A stretch of DNA of 63,179 nt, counting the filler, from Guillardia theta CCMP2712 (taxonomy: Eukaryota > Protista > Cryptophyta): assembly GCF_000315625.1 (NCBI RefSeq). It is 5 parts of 5 records of this genome, joined end to end, with 100 filler letters (N's around TTAATTAATTAA, not from the genome) between each part and the next. Parts side by side here need not be neighbours in the genome. Positions count along the whole stretch, not along the records: positions 45,386 to 57,674 come from NW_005434412.1; positions 57,775 to 63,179 come from NW_005434193.1; 3 more parts are not named here. One strand, given 5' to 3'. The notes under the pieces were generated by a model. It searched no databases. It saw only the letters and a program-made list of their open reading frames with translations, and was not told the DNA's origin. The translations under genes were made by a program, and so were the position numbers. Shown here one piece after another: positions 46,146 to 60,099 of this stretch; within the stretch, counting starts at the first letter, position 1, and the number at the start of each line of letters is the position of its first letter.

Positions 46146-49100
46146 GGAGGAGGCCAGGGCAGTAAGACATGGTAGGGTAGAGGAGGGAGGAGGGATAGCG
46201 TAAGGACGGTAGAGACCTCCATGGTGTTGGGGATGAGGATGACGATGAGGATGGGGGAGGGGGTTGGGGGGTGGGGGGACGGCAGCATCGGGGAGTATTC
46301 ACGGGAACTTGTCAGGCGGAGGAGGAGGGGAAGAAGGTCAGGCTGAACGAGCACTGCGATTGCTTCGCGATAGGCAGCGGCGCCAGCAGGACGTTTGTGG
46401 TCAACGGTCAGTTCCCGCACTTGTGCGAGGAATTTCTTGCTCCTGCAGCCGCCGTCAAGTTCTTCCGAGTCTGCTGGGCGCGCAGGCAGCTGAGCTGGAG
46501 GGAGTTCGATACCCAGGTGATCGGAGGAGGAGCTGAGGACAAGCTGGAGAAGGGGTCGATCCGAGAGATCTTCCTGAGAGACTGGAAGGAGCTGGGACTA
46601 CCAGCCGCCCCCGCTGCAGATCTCGAGCTCGTCTTCGCCTCCTCGTCCTCCTGGGAGTTCCTGCGGGACAGGAGGCTGTGGCTGGGGGAGGACCTGGCAG
46701 GGGATGAGGACCGTCGGCTGTTGGTTGACAAGCTGTTTGCGGCCCGGGAGTTCGACCTGCTGCTGGAGAATCCTTTCTTCTTTGACCGCGGCGGCCGCGA
46801 AGTCTCCCTCCTCACCCTCGCTCGCCATCGAACGGCAGCGGAGCTGGTGGAGGCGATGCAGGATCGGGGGGAGGAAGTGCCTTGCGCCGCTGCCCTTCTC
46901 CTCCCTCCCTCCCACTCTGAGGACAAGCGCCTGATCCGGTGGATGCGCTCCTATGACGAGGCATCGTCTTCGAGGGTGGCCATGCTGGAGCGAGGATACG
47001 AGGAAGCGGTGGCGGAGGTTGAGGAGAGGAGCAGAGCGATGGAGCAGAAGGAGGAGGAGCAGCGAGAGCTGCTGGGGAGGCTGGAGCTACTGGGGAGGGA
47101 GCGGGAGCCTCTGGTCAGCAAGCTCCTGGATGCCCTGGAGGCCTATAGGATGGTAAGGAGGACGATGTTGGCGGAGGAGGAGGTCGGGATGGACTGCAGC
47201 GTGTCCCTGGTGGAGGATGCAAAGCTCGTGGCGTCCATCATGGAGGAGGTGAAGGAGGAGAGGAAGGAGGAGGAGAGGAGGAGGAGGGAGAAGGAGGAGG
47301 AGAACGCTCAGCTCACAGCCCAGCTGCAAGAGACTCGAGATTCGTTGGTCCGCATGGAGGAGAAAGTGAAACAGACAGCAAGGGAGCTGCTGGAGATGAA
47401 GGAGAAGTGCAACAAATGCCATGAGAAGAACGGTCAGTTATCCCCTCTCTCCTCTTATCCTCCTCCTCTCTTCCTTTCCTCCTCTCCTCTCCTCCCCTCC
47501 ACCTCCTCCTCCTGCTCCTCCTGCTCCTCACTTTTTCTACAGAAGCTCTGGCAGCAGAAGTCGCCCGTCTCATCGGCTCGCTGCAGCAGCTACGAAAGGA
47601 CTTCCAGGAGGAAGCGAACGAGCTGAGGGCGGAGGCGACGGCGCTGGCGCGGGAGGTGAACGGAGTTTTCCTACAGAAAGAGCAACTGGAGGAAGAGCGG
47701 TTGGCCATGATGCAGGACAAGCAGTTTCTGTCCTCTTGCCACTTGACTGTCGTAGAGGACGCGAAGATGCTGAGCATTCAGCTACAGGAGCTGAGGGAGG
47801 AAAGCGAGAAAGTGCGAGAGGGTAAGGAAAAGGAGGAGAAACGAAAGCAAGCAGCAGCAGCAGCAGAAGAAGAAGCAGCACATGAAGGAGCAAAAGGAGG
47901 AGAAGGGGGAGATGGGGGCGGAGGGAGATGGGAGGTGGGCGGGGAGCAGGAGCAGGAGAGCAGGAGCAGGAGAAGCAGCAGGAGGACGAGAAAGAGGACA
48001 AGACTTTGGTTAGCTGATTTTGTGATGTCAATGCAGGAAAGAAGAAAGCAGAAGAGCAGCTGGAAGAGCTCAGGGGCTCGCAGGTGAAGCTGGAGAAGGC
48101 AGCTGGGCGTCTGCTGAGGGCGATGAGGCCGGCGAGGGCAGGGGAGCAGGAGGAGCAAGACGACCAGACGTTGGCGCGGGAGCTGCTGAAGGAGCAGCGT
48201 CTTGACGAGATCTGTTCTGCATGCCAAGGACCGCCGGCAAGCAGCGATCAAGCGGCTAGACAAGAAGGAGCGAACAGCGGGGAGCAGGAAGCAAGACAGG
48301 AAGGAGCTGGGAGCGGGGAGGATGCGGAGAGATGGGTTGGGAAGCTCGAGAAACAGGTCGAGGAGCAGCAGGAGCAGAACGCACGGCTACTGAGGGAGCG
48401 AGAGCCGCTGATCGCCGAGCTGATCACCAGCATCGAGAGCTTCCGGCAGCTGGAGGCGGCGATCACAGGGGACGTGCTACAGTGCGCGGGGGTGGGGATG
48501 GTTCTGTTCAGGGAGGACGAGGAGTACGTGGTGAGGTCGATGGCGAGGGAGGGAGCGGCAGCGAGGAGCGAGCTGAGGCTGGGGGATGTGGTGGTGCGGG
48601 TGAACGAGGAGGAGATCAGAGGGAGGAGGAGCGAGGAGGTGAAGGACCTCGTGCTGGGCCCCGAGGGCTCGATGCTGGAGCTTCAAGTGCTGCGGTACCC
48701 ATGCACGTCCTCCTTCCCCGTCCGCCTCATGAGGGGAAGGAGGGGCTGGGACCCGACGACGGTCCAGGAGGAGACTCGTAACCTGCTCGAAGTTCTCAGC
48801 TCTATGCGCGAAGTCTCGAGCCGCAAGGACAGAGAGCTGGCGGCGCTGAGAAAGAGAGTCGAGCAGCTGGAGTCTAGCCGGAGGAAACCCAAGACTCCTT
48901 CTCCTGCTCCTTCTGCGGCTCCTGCGGCTCCTGCACTTCCTCCTACTCCCTGGGGCATCCTGCTGACCGAGAAGGCCCCTTACAAGGTGACCTCGCTGGT
49001 CAAGGGAGGGCTGGCGGAGTCTCAGAAGCTGCTGCTGGTGGGAGATGTTCTCGTCATGGTGGAGGGAAAGAACGTCAGCAGGATGCTGTGCAAGGACCTG

Positions 49101-49280
49101 CGAGCTCTGCTGCGAGACCCGAGGAGGCAGAAGCTGAGCCTCGTGGTGGAGAGAAGGGGAGGAGGAGGAGGGGAAGGAGGAGGCGGAGGGGGAGGAGGAG
49201 GAGGAGAGGGAGCTACTGAACACCTTCAACTGGTACTTCTCCGCCAGCCGAAGGAGGAGGAGAGTGCAGGCAACAGTTAA
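45616..49280 (+). CDS. Multi-exon protein: degenerate NDK-like domain, coiled coil and two PDZ domains (5' end uncertain)
   Basis: LVFIRPQA...IVSEGEI, LSWREF..VIG, GSIR..WKELGL and VFASSS resemble protist NDK-like proteins. GVGMVL..AARSELRLGDVVVRVN..GPEGS and WGILL..LLVGDVLVMVEG are PDZ-like. Introns filled with GAG repeats. Confidence 0.7.
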
Positions 49281-49309
49281 CAGGGTTTACATGAGATAGC
49301 TATACAACA

Positions 49310-49398
49310 TCACTTGACATCGGGAGTGTCGGCTCGTTTCACTTTGTACAATCGGTGCATCTGAAGAACCATGTGAGGAGGAGGAGGAGGAGGAGAGC

Positions 49399-49467
<69 letters not shown>

Positions 49468-52400
49468 GAGAGAGGGAGAAGATCCAGGAGAAGAAAGGGG
49501 AGGGCGGAAGTAGATGAGTGTGTGTAGGGGGGAGCAGACCTTGAGCTTGAGATCGTGGATTCTCTTATCGTGCAGCTGAATCTCCGCGATGATCCTCAGC
49601 CCGAGGTCATCGGTGAAGACAACGCAGAGGGTCAGGTCGCGGTAGCCGTCGGAGAGGTAGCCCGGGTCAAACTTGTTCTTGACCCGGCAGATCGGCATCC
49701 CTGTGTCAGGAGCTGAGAACCACCGGTACACCTCCAGCAGGTACTGCGGCCCCTCGCACACAACTGACACCCGGATCTGAGGGGAACCCGCCGGTCAGGG
49801 ATGACATTTCTCAGCTCGTGGATGGGTAGGAGAGAGAGGAGGGTTGTTGAGGAAGCGAGGAGGAGGGGGTGAGGGAGAGGTGAAGGAGGATGGGGAGAGG
49901 AAGGGTGAGAAGGGTGGGGGAGGGGGGTAGGACTTCTCTCAGCTCACCGGGTCGAGGATGCGGGCGCAGTAGGGCCAGGAGCACTTGTACGCCTCGTTTG
50001 TGTACTTGGACAGCTTGTCGTGCATTCGTTCGCGCGTCTTGATGCGGCCGGGGAAGAGATCGACCGAGGAGACGCCGTCGGAGAACGCGCAGGTGAGGTG
50101 AACGACGCTGGAGAAGTCGGGAGGGGGGAGGTCCTGGATGGAGGAGTGCTGCATGAGGATCTGGTAGACCCTCTTCTTGAAGGGGAGGTCGAGCAGCTCT
50201 GCTCGGGTGTGGAGCTGAGAGACGAAGTTGGTTTCGTTGCTCATCAACAGCCCAGAGGTGGAGGAGTGAAAGAGGTTCTTGTGCTTCTGAAACTCCAGCT
50301 CCAGCAGGTCCTCCTCGCTCACGCGCACAGCCCCAATCTGCAGGAGGGATCAGGGGGGAGAAGGGCGCGAGGATCACAGAGCGAACAGGAAACAGAGACA
50401 GCCATGTGGCAGCAACATGGCAGGAAGCTTGTCAACAGAGACGCAGCTTGTTGCTCTGACTGTCAACTCACCGCCGGGGAGTCTTGACGGGTGTCGTCGT
50501 AGTTGCTCGTGAGGTATCCTGTCCTTGCGATCAGCTCCTTGCCGTAGGGGTCGCTATAGATCTCCATGTAGCGGATGTGGCAAAAGTGAGCGAGGATGTC
50601 GAGGAGCTTCTGAATGATGCCCTTGAGCTTGTGGAACAGATCCATCCCCTGCTCCTTCCACATGTTCATCTTCAGCACATTCTCCACGAAGAAGGCAAAT
50701 CTTCTCTCGAAGTCATCGGTGAAGAGCTCAGAGCTCCTCAAGCTGGAAGCTATCTCCCCATCTTCGCTCGCTATGGAGCTCAGCTCGAGCGTCAGGTCGT
50801 ACCCCTGGGGCTCCTGCTGGGCCTCATCGTTGTCATGGAAGGAGTTGGTGGGTCGGAGGAGCTTCTGACAGGTCTCCAGCACGAAGTCGTGCAGCAGCTT
50901 GCAGTGATCGTTGTGTATCACGTACTCTTCGTGACTCACTCCGTTGAGGTGCAGCTCCCCAGCATCCGAGCCCACCCCTGTGCTCAGCCTCCGCATGCTG
51001 AACCGAGACAGGCTCGGGGTCTCGCGCTTGTGCAGGCCGTCGCGGAGCTCGCTGAGAAACTCGTAGAGGGCGTCGACGTGCTTGGCCTCAAAGTCCTCGA
51101 AGAGCGAGAAGTGAGCGCATGCCTCCAGGAACCTGCGACAGACAAGCAGCTCAGTCAGTGCATCGCAGCTCAGTCAGCGCATCGCAGCTCAGGACGCCTC
51201 CGGCCTGCCGCTCACCTCTTCTCGATCGTCTGCACGCCTTTGCGCCTGTCGAAGAAGCCTTTCTTCTCAGAGTTGAGCAGGAACCCGTCTTCTTCAGTCA
51301 GGCACAGGCGATGCCGCACGTACTCGATCTGCTTGCGAAACCTCTTGGGCAGCCCGTCCGTCATGTTCTTGCGCCTCTGCACCAGCGAGTACCACAGGCC
51401 GAAGCTCATCAGGGAGCAGATGGCGAGGGCGGCAGCGAGAAGGGAGACGACGAGGATCATGCTGCTGTTGGACTGCGAGGCCCCCAGGGAGCAGATGGAC
51501 CTGTTGATGTGGATCTGTCCTCCAGGCCACATAACCGCGTCTTGCAGCCACTTGTCGTAAGGCAGAGACTCTAGATAGATGGGATGGATCTCGTTGCTGT
51601 ACCACCTTGCGATCTCCTTCCACCCTTCCTTCGCATAGTTGATGACCAGGTAGGAGCCGCCCAGCCTGTCCAGGTTCTGGTCGAAGGAGACAGCCCCGGA
51701 TGCGCCATCGAAGCGAACGCTCCTGAGAGCATTCCTGACCTGAGTCCCGTCCAAGATGACATTCCCCTGTGACAACAAGTAGCCGATGGCATGCGCGATG
51801 GCGTAGATGGCATCATATGCAAACACGATGTAGATATGCTGCTGGCCTCTGTTGATCATCTCCTGCAGGCCTGACTTGAAATTCTGCTGCATGACGGTAT
51901 CGTACCCTGACACATCCAACTGCTTCCAGAAGTTGATCATGGCGTCCAGCTGCGGGCTGGGATCAGGGATGTAGCTTCGGAGAGAAAGGATCCCCTTGGG
52001 CAGGAGGGATGGGTCGGCGGTGGAGACGTCTTCTCCTGCTATCCAGGTGAAGTTGGAGGTGAGGTTCAACTTGTTGAAGGCGATGAAGATCTCTTGAGCG
52101 ATGTAGTAATGGATGCACAGAACGATCACTGTCGTGTTGCAGGTCTTGGTGGCAAAGTTCTGCATCAGTACAACTCCGTTGTTGTCAGCCACGAAGCTGC
52201 TCTCAGCCGTAGCAAGGACTAACTCGTCTGCTATCTTGACTGAGTTGGTCTTGACCCGGGACTTGAAGTTGTTCGCCAGGCCTTGGCAGTAAGAGTCATC
52301 ACACGTGATCAGCTTGATCGAGGTAGCTTCTATGTAGGCCGTCAGATCCGCCAGCGCGATCGCCTCGACCGCGCTTGAGTAGCAGACTCGGGAGAAGAAA

Positions 52401-54091
52401 GGATAGAGAGCCTTGTTGGAGAACGCAGGGCTGGCAGCTGTGTGGCTCACCAGCAGCCGCTTGTCTTGCGTGAACATCGGCGAGAAGACTTCAACGTCGT
52501 TGCTGTACCCGACGCCAGCAGCAGCCATCACAGGAGCTGATCCAGGGGGCGGGTCAGTCAGGTTGTTCATGACGGCCTCGAAGAAGAAGGTCTTGAGGTA
52601 GTTCTGTGGTGGAATCGCTCTGACTGGCGTGATGTTTTGAAGTTGAAGGAACAGCTTGATCTGAGGCAGGAGCGTCACGTTGCGATTGATCCTCTCGATC
52701 GCCACCAGGGCGGCTGCCGCATGCTCCCTGGACCAGTACTGGAAGATCCCCCCGACGTTGATGTACGACTCCGGCTTTCCGTTGAGGATGGATTGAAGCT
52801 GCTGCCCGTCCACCTGCACTCCAGCTGTGCTCGTCCATACACCGAGGCTGAAGAACTTCTGCCCGGACTTGCTGTTGATAACAAATCTGCACTAGAGCTT
52901 CAGACATTTTGTCAACAACATTTTACCTTACCTGGTGACTCCAAGATCGTTGTTGGAGTTGAACGAAATGTAGCCGCTGGCTCCTTCAAACTTCACCTGG
53001 CTTAACGCCCCCAGCATTGCCGTCGAGTTCCATGCCTGCTCAGCATCACTCCTCACCACCACATCCAATGCGTGTGCGACTGCGTAAACAGCATCGTATG
53101 CCGCTGATATGTACACATTGCTTGCGAGTTGTTCCAACCCCGGGTATGAACTGCTGGGCAGCGACGTCCACACACTCTGCAACTTCTGGAAGGCAGCAGT
53201 CGTCGTGTTGGCTTGGTAAGAGATTCCGATGTATGAGTCCGGGAGATGCTTGGCGTTCAGCGGCACGTCAAAGTCAGTGCTGAGCCAGGAGTACTCGTCG
53301 GATACTTGTATCAGCTCAACTTCGTTGAAGAAGGCGATCTTGGACCCAGTCGACATGAAAAGAAAGACGTTGGTTGAAAGCATTGAGAGCCTTGAGAAAT
53401 TTCTAACCAATACCTTCAGTTCCGTCTCGTTCCCAAAGTTCCAAGTGTAATTCTTTTCGATCCTGACCTTCCCAAGAACAGCGGCCTGGAACGATTGTGA
53501 AATATCAGAGTAGGCATGAGAATTCTCGACAATGATCTGGCAGCTGCGGATCTTCAACAACTCTGCGATGTCTGCCAATGCCTTTCCTGAGTCGGCAACA
53601 GAAGGGCAAACTCTCGAGTACAGAGGATACAAAGACTTGTCTGAGAACGCCGTGTCATCGCTACTGTACCCCATCAGCAATACACCGTGCGAGTCCAATA
53701 TCCTGGTCACCATCTTAGTTTCATTGGTGAATGCTGGTCCGATCATTGCAACAGGTTTACTTCGATTGATCTCCTGCTCTATTGTTGATCTCAACAGATT
53801 CTCCTTGACAGCAGCGATGGATTGTGTCGAGACATTGCTGATTGTACACAAGGACTCTGCGATAGAAGTGTCGACAAGATTCAGAGTCAACTTGACGCCG
53901 GATAGGATGGTCGAGTCTCCGTTGATGTTCAGAACAGCAATCCTTGCTGCGGACAATGCCTCGTTCTCCCAATACCGACCACCAAGCTCAGTGGCGAATA
54001 AACCCCCGATGGAGATGTTGCTGCCATAGCACGTTGGGGGGTTGAGAGCCAGGGAAGTGACGACGAGCAGCAGAATCAGAGATACTGACAT
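49310..54091 (-). CDS. Single-pass receptor: signal peptide, two ANF-receptor/Venus-flytrap domains, TM helix, cytosolic RelA/SpoT-like nucleotidyltransferase domain (multi-exon)
   Basis: Each extracellular unit has IGG(L/I)F, A..A...IN, S.K.LYP.(Y/F)SRV, AYDA(V/I)YA.AHA and F.GASG..SF. TM is MILVVSLLAAALAICSLMSFGLWYSLV. C-terminal motifs GRIKTRERMHDK, ILDPV|IR.SVV, RVKNKF, GYRDL, AEIQLH. Last exon 49360-49310. Confidence 0.8.
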
Positions 54092-55888
54092 CTTGAAGTC
54101 TGTGATGGTAAAACACTACCGATGCAACAAGCTTCTGATAGCCTTACAACTCCTCAACAACATCCTCATGCCCTGACAAATCTCAAAGTTCGAGCCAGGA
54201 GCCTCGAAACCAGTGCTTGTGCCGTTAGCCAGAAGCTCAGTGAAGCATCCCCTCGTCCTTCACAGGATTCTTGCAGGGAACTGCAATGATGTCACAGTAG
54301 TCACAGCGCTGTCACATGTACGACTGTCATCCCGGCCTAATCAACTTCCACATGCAGACCCTCGTGTTGCTGAGGTGTTGCGCAGGAGGAAGTCCTCCGA
54401 CGGCACTGAAGACAGCTCCGCCTACTGCTCTTCTCTATAGATGTAGTGAAGGATCTCCGAGGAGGTCAAGGTATGATGATTATCTCTGTTGCCTCGCTGA
54501 TGAGAGTGAAAGTTTCCGCTCTTGTTCCGTCACCTGCGCCTTATTCATGAGTCAATCACAATCAATGTTTGAGCGCATTCGCTTTCTCCCTCTCCTCTAA
54601 CAGCTGCTCGAGTTTCCGATCCTTCTTCATGCTTTCTAAACATATCTCTACCTTTCTTGCTCGGCATGTCTCACAATTCTTCTGCTTAAGAACTATCTGA
54701 CTTCCCAATAAAATCCCAATTGCTGAATTTCCATGCCTATCATGTGGAAGAATCCAGCCCAGCATCTCATCGGACTAACTCTCATCATCTTTGCAGACGT
54801 TCTCGCTATCACATTGTCATCGCAACCTGCCCTTGCTGAGTCGTGCCCAACCTAACGATCAATCAATTCGCCCCTCGAACCTCAACATGCTGGACTATCG
54901 TGCAAGCATCATTCCACAACAGCAGGAGGGATCGAAGGACAGGTGGATGCAGAGACGATGGCGAACTCTGAGCGTCTTCTCTGCATCCCCAGGTCTGTCT
55001 GCATAGAATCGAGGCAATTCGACAGATGTCGCCATTCCGCTAGGATGTGCTGCTGGATTGCCCAACATTGCACCACAAGTGGGGTAGCAGTTTCCTGATG
55101 TCAATCTATGAGGGTGGGGTACCCATCAATAGCCTCGTAAAAGGGTGGTGAAAGAATGAAGTAGAGGGATTTTGATGGGTAGGGTATATTTGTGTCCATT
55201 TGACTCAGTAGGGTGGGGTCATGCAAAGTAAGTATAGGTAGGGCAAGGTTGGTATCATGCAGGGTGGGGTTGGCAAGGGGTGTATCCTGTAGTGAGGTGC
55301 CATGAAGCAGGGGTGGGCCTCGTAGGGGTAGTCAAATTCCTTGGAATGCGAGGGAGTGACAAAGGCAGATTGACCAATAATAGGGGGTAGGGGTGGAAGA
55401 TGGAGGGTGGGGTGGGGTGAAGGAGATTTTCGGGGAGGGGTCACACCAGATCCAATGACCCCCCCAATTTACTGCCAAAGGATGGGGGGACATGGGAGGC
55501 CTTTAAGATATCGTCTGAGCCAAAATTACTACAAGGGGGATTTAAATAAATATTAATATTAGGAAAAGACTCTTTTTCAAACTTCACCTCAAATTGTCGA
55601 CGAGGGATTGGGGATGGGAAGACATAGCAAGGTAGGATCAGTGCAGGGAGGGAGTTGGATCAGAATGGGAAGAGACGATGCTGAGTCGGAGAAGAAAGGA
55701 AGGGCAAGAGGAGAGAAAGATCATTCGGAGGAGTGTAGAACTAGGGGGGAGTCAGAGGAGGGAGTTGGAGAATCAGTAGGAAGGGAAAGAGTGTGAGTTT
55801 CCTAGGAGATAGAGCAGCTGGAGGAGAGCAAAACGAATATAGAGGTAGAGATGGGAAAGTTGAGACATTGATTGCTTCCTGATGCATT

Positions 55889-56774
55889 TCATTTACAAGA
55901 CTTGAGTGAAAGTTCCAACCGTTCCCGACTGTGAGCAAGCCAGTGAGAACTAGCTAGAGGAGCATATGTCTCAAACCTGCGCTTGCATCCAACAAACGCG
56001 CGGGAGGATGCAGATTGGTTGTCCGACCTGAGCAGGGTTGAGGAAGGGAGGAGGTAATGAACGCTTACAGTCAGAAGGCCAGTGTTGTTCACGACAGGGA
56101 CGTCCGGGTTTGCCTGGAGCATGAGACTGAGTTTTCGTGCTGCTCGTCTTCTCCTTCTCTCCTCCTCCCTCCCCTCCCCTCCTTTGTCTTCTCCTTGCCT
56201 CTCTTCTCCTCCATCCTGTGCCACCCGTTCTTTCTCTCTGCTCTCTCCTCCTCTCCTCTCTCCCCATTCAGTGACAGACCTCTAAGATGTTGGTCGAGCT
56301 GGTTCCAAAGCGGGAGGCTAGGAGGTCGAGTGTATCTCCTTAAACAGGAAGTCAGTTCCTCTCCTGTAGGGAGGGAGCGGGGAGCAGAAAGCAGCAGCGT
56401 GTCCAACAGCCCACCATGTCGGGTAATATAGGTTGGGCCGAGTCTCAGCTCAGTCCATGCGCCCACGCTGAGGGCTCAAGTGAGCGCAGAAGGAAGAGGG
56501 GGAAAGTGTAGGAGCGAGTATCATGCTGACGTCATCAAACGTCACCTGTCCGGGGTGAGGATCGCAGGGTTGGCCCCCCAGATCTGACGGGTGGGTGAGA
56601 ACGACAGGAGGGCAGGAGGAGGAGGAGGAGGAGGAGGAGGAGGAGGGGGATGGGCGAACGAGTACCTGCAGCCAGTCGCTGTTGTACCTCGCAGCAGCTC
56701 CCATGATAGTCTAGTGGGACGAGGAGGTCAGATCGAGTGCTCACAAGCCATCTCGGACCCCTCCCTTATTCATT

Positions 56775-56817
<43 letters not shown>

Positions 56818-57674
56818 CTCTTTCCCCTCCCCACTTCCTTCCTCCAGTTTCTTGCCTTAACCCCTTTGCATTCCCTCCCTCCCCTCTCTTCTTCCTCTTG
56901 TTGCTCCTCTCTCCCCCCCCTCTCCTGGCACTGCCTCGCCTTCCCTTCATGCTCTCACTTCGTTCCTCCATCACCCTCGCTCTCACCTCTCCTATCGACA
57001 AGCAGTATCGACATTTCTTCACCAGTACAGAGAAGCACAGCTCCTGCAGGTAGAGTCAGTGAATGTCCTGTTTCCCCGCTTCGCTCCAGTTTGGCTCTCT
57101 GCCCGCCGATGATATTCCCGCCCTGTTCATCGCCTCCCTCCTCTCTCCTCTCTCCCTCTCTCCCTCCCTTTCTTCCTCTCCTCTTCCTTCACCTTTCCTC
57201 TCTGCTGACAGAGATACCCGATACACACTGGCAGCAGCAGCATGAGTGGGATCAAACAGCTAGAGAAAGGCACCGGAGTCAAATGCATGCACGCAAAACG
57301 AGAAAGATCTCGTCTCCATCCCTCGACGAGGATACCTTCAGCCAGAATCAGCCAGCAACCCCCCGCTTCTTGTACTTCTAAGCAACCTTTAAGATATCAA
57401 ACAAGCACCCTTTTTCAATATTCTTCAAGCGTCCTTCAGATGGGCATCCAACTCTGCTGATCGAGTCATATTACATCTTCACATTCATCCTATTCTAGTT
57501 CATACCTGCAATCCTCCGTTCACATTCACGCCTGCCCGCGCAAGCCGTCGAGCCGCAGGGTCGTGAGGTCTCGACAGTCCTGCCTCCTTCGACCAGGGAG
57601 AATTGGATCCCAAGTTCAAGATTGGTCTGCGAGACGTTCGCTGCTCGAGCTTCATGCGATTGTCTGACGGTCCC
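55889..57674 (-). CDS. Probable exons of an unidentified multi-exon gene (possibly the 3' part of the GH99-like gene across the gap)
   Basis: Complex-sequence blocks alternate with microsatellite-filled GT-AG intervals; no motif recognised. Confidence 0.3.
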
Positions 57675-57774
57675 NNNNNNNNNNNNNNNNNNNNNNNNNN
57701 NNNNNNNNNNNNNNNNNNTTAATTAATTAANNNNNNNNNNNNNNNNNNNNNNNNNNNNNNNNNNNNNNNNNNNN
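57675..57774. other. Assembly gap with artificial linker
   Basis: N44-TTAATTAATTAA-N44. Confidence 0.97.
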
Positions 57775-57811
57775 ACCTGCAATTCCATAGAGTCAGCGAG
57801 CTAGAGAGCAA

Positions 57812-58195
<384 letters not shown>

Positions 58196-58200
58196 CTTAC

Positions 58201-60099
58201 CATGTCAAGGCAGCCATAATCATAGAGGAAGAGGAGATGATTGAATGGTTGGCAACGACGTGCGGGGAAGAGAGAGAAAGAGTCTCACCTTGTCTCGGTG
58301 ACGTTCGGTTCCAGTGGGAGTCCTCCAGTATCCTCCCCTCCCTCTCCCTCACCTCCCGTCTGCCGTCTGCGGACGAAACCTCTGAAGCTGCCGCTGCATC
58401 GCACGACACCCCCCAGTCCGGCAGGAGACTTGAGTTCCCGCTCCCGCTCCCCCTCTCCTCCTCCCCGGCGACAAGATTCTTGAAGCTCCTCGTCCACTTG
58501 AGGTAGCTCTCCCCAAATTCCCTGCTCGGCTCGATCTGCGTTCCCTCGTGCCACTCGTTGAACGAGTTCACCAGCGCCATCGGCAGCCTCCCTCCCTTCC
58601 TCTCCCCCCCTTCCTCTCCTCTCCCCCCCCCTTGGCACTTTATCACCCTCCTCAACTCCTTCCATGCCTTGAGGTACTGCGCCCCCTCCGCGCGCTCGAT
58701 CGCTGCCCTTCCTCCTCCTCGCATCTTCCTGTCGTCGTACCCCGGGGAGACGTAAGGAACGACTCCCATCCCCGCCCTCCTCGCTGCCTCCCCGAACTTG
58801 GCGTGCAGGTACGCGGATTGCCAGGAGAAGGCTGCGTCCATCTTATCGGGCTGACCAGCATCGTAGAGGTTGTACCCGGTGACTGAGGACAAGTTGATCG
58901 CCTTGTAAAGGTCCCAGGGGAACTCCGAAGGAGAAGGGTTCCACCACAGGATGTCCCCGATGATGAAGAGCGGCCGTCCTATCCTCTCCTGCACTTTCTT
59001 GATGGCATTGTTCAGCGGCTCCACGAAGTTCTGAAAGTCTCGGAGGGTGTAGAGGAAGAGGACGGGGCATCCGTCGACCCTCATGTAGTTGGGATGAAGG
59101 AAGTAGTGCTCGGCCGCGTACAGCAGGTGGTGCTCGAGGATGCGGGGGTTGTCCCCCCGCATCAGGTCCACAGATCCTCCTCCCTCCCCCACCCCCAGCA
59201 CGTCCCTCACCTCGTACATGAGCGCCATCGGTACCCCGTCCTCTACCTCCAGGTGCCTCTGTATCAGTTGGTCCACCTCCCCCGAAGGACTCCACCACTG
59301 CAACGGCTCCTTCCATCCTTCCACCACGTACTGCTTCCCCCTCGCTGGCTCCACCTCCTTCCCCTCCCTCGTGCAGCGCGGCCTGCTGTGCTTGCCCTCG
59401 CTGTCCACTAGCTTACATTGCCCATCCACACTCCCCTGCTTGTTTGGCGCCCGCGTCCCATCCCCTCCCCAGGAGACTGCGAAGAAATCGATGCATGCTG
59501 CTCTAGCCCACTGGTGGTGCAGCTTCATGACGCTCGCGTCGAAGCTCTTGTACTCCCCTAGGACAGGCTCGAAGGGTCGAGGGAAGACCTGCAGCAGGAG
59601 CAAGGTCAGGCTCTGAAGCCTCCGGGAGGTCGTGACAGTGCCGTCAGAAATCCCCAGGATGCAGTCACTAGCACAAGACAGCGAAGGATCCCACTAAGAC
59701 TGCTCTGTGAATCCTAGTTCATGCTCCTTGGCGGCTTCACCAACTTCTGCACTGCAAGACTGACTGCAACATTCTTCTCATCATAGTCTCCTCGCATCAC
59801 ACTCTTTCACATGGCTTGGGCCCAGCCTCAACTCGTACCTCGCCAGCATACAAGGAACCTTCTCTCTTGCTTCTTTGCATTCATGCTCTTCTCTGACACA
59901 CATTCTCGTCTACAGCATCATTTTCCTCCTTTCGTCTTTCCTCCTCTCTCCTCCTCTCCCCCTGACTCTCCCCCTGACTCTCCCCCTGACTCTCCTCCTC
60001 CTCTCCTCACTGTATTGAGCTTGTCACCTGCCATTGTTCGCCGAAGCCATACCACGTGTAGTAGTAGGCCCCGAGCAGCATCGCTGCGGTACACGCCAT
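58201..60099 (-). CDS. GH99-like (endo-alpha-mannosidase/GH71-99) glycoside hydrolase; exons 60099-60028 and 59588-58201, continuing downstream
   Basis: GAYYYTWYG..WQ|VFPRPFEPVLGEY, IDFFAVSW, PGYDD and NSFNEWHEGTQIEP (GH99 catalytic ExxE motif). Confidence 0.85.
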
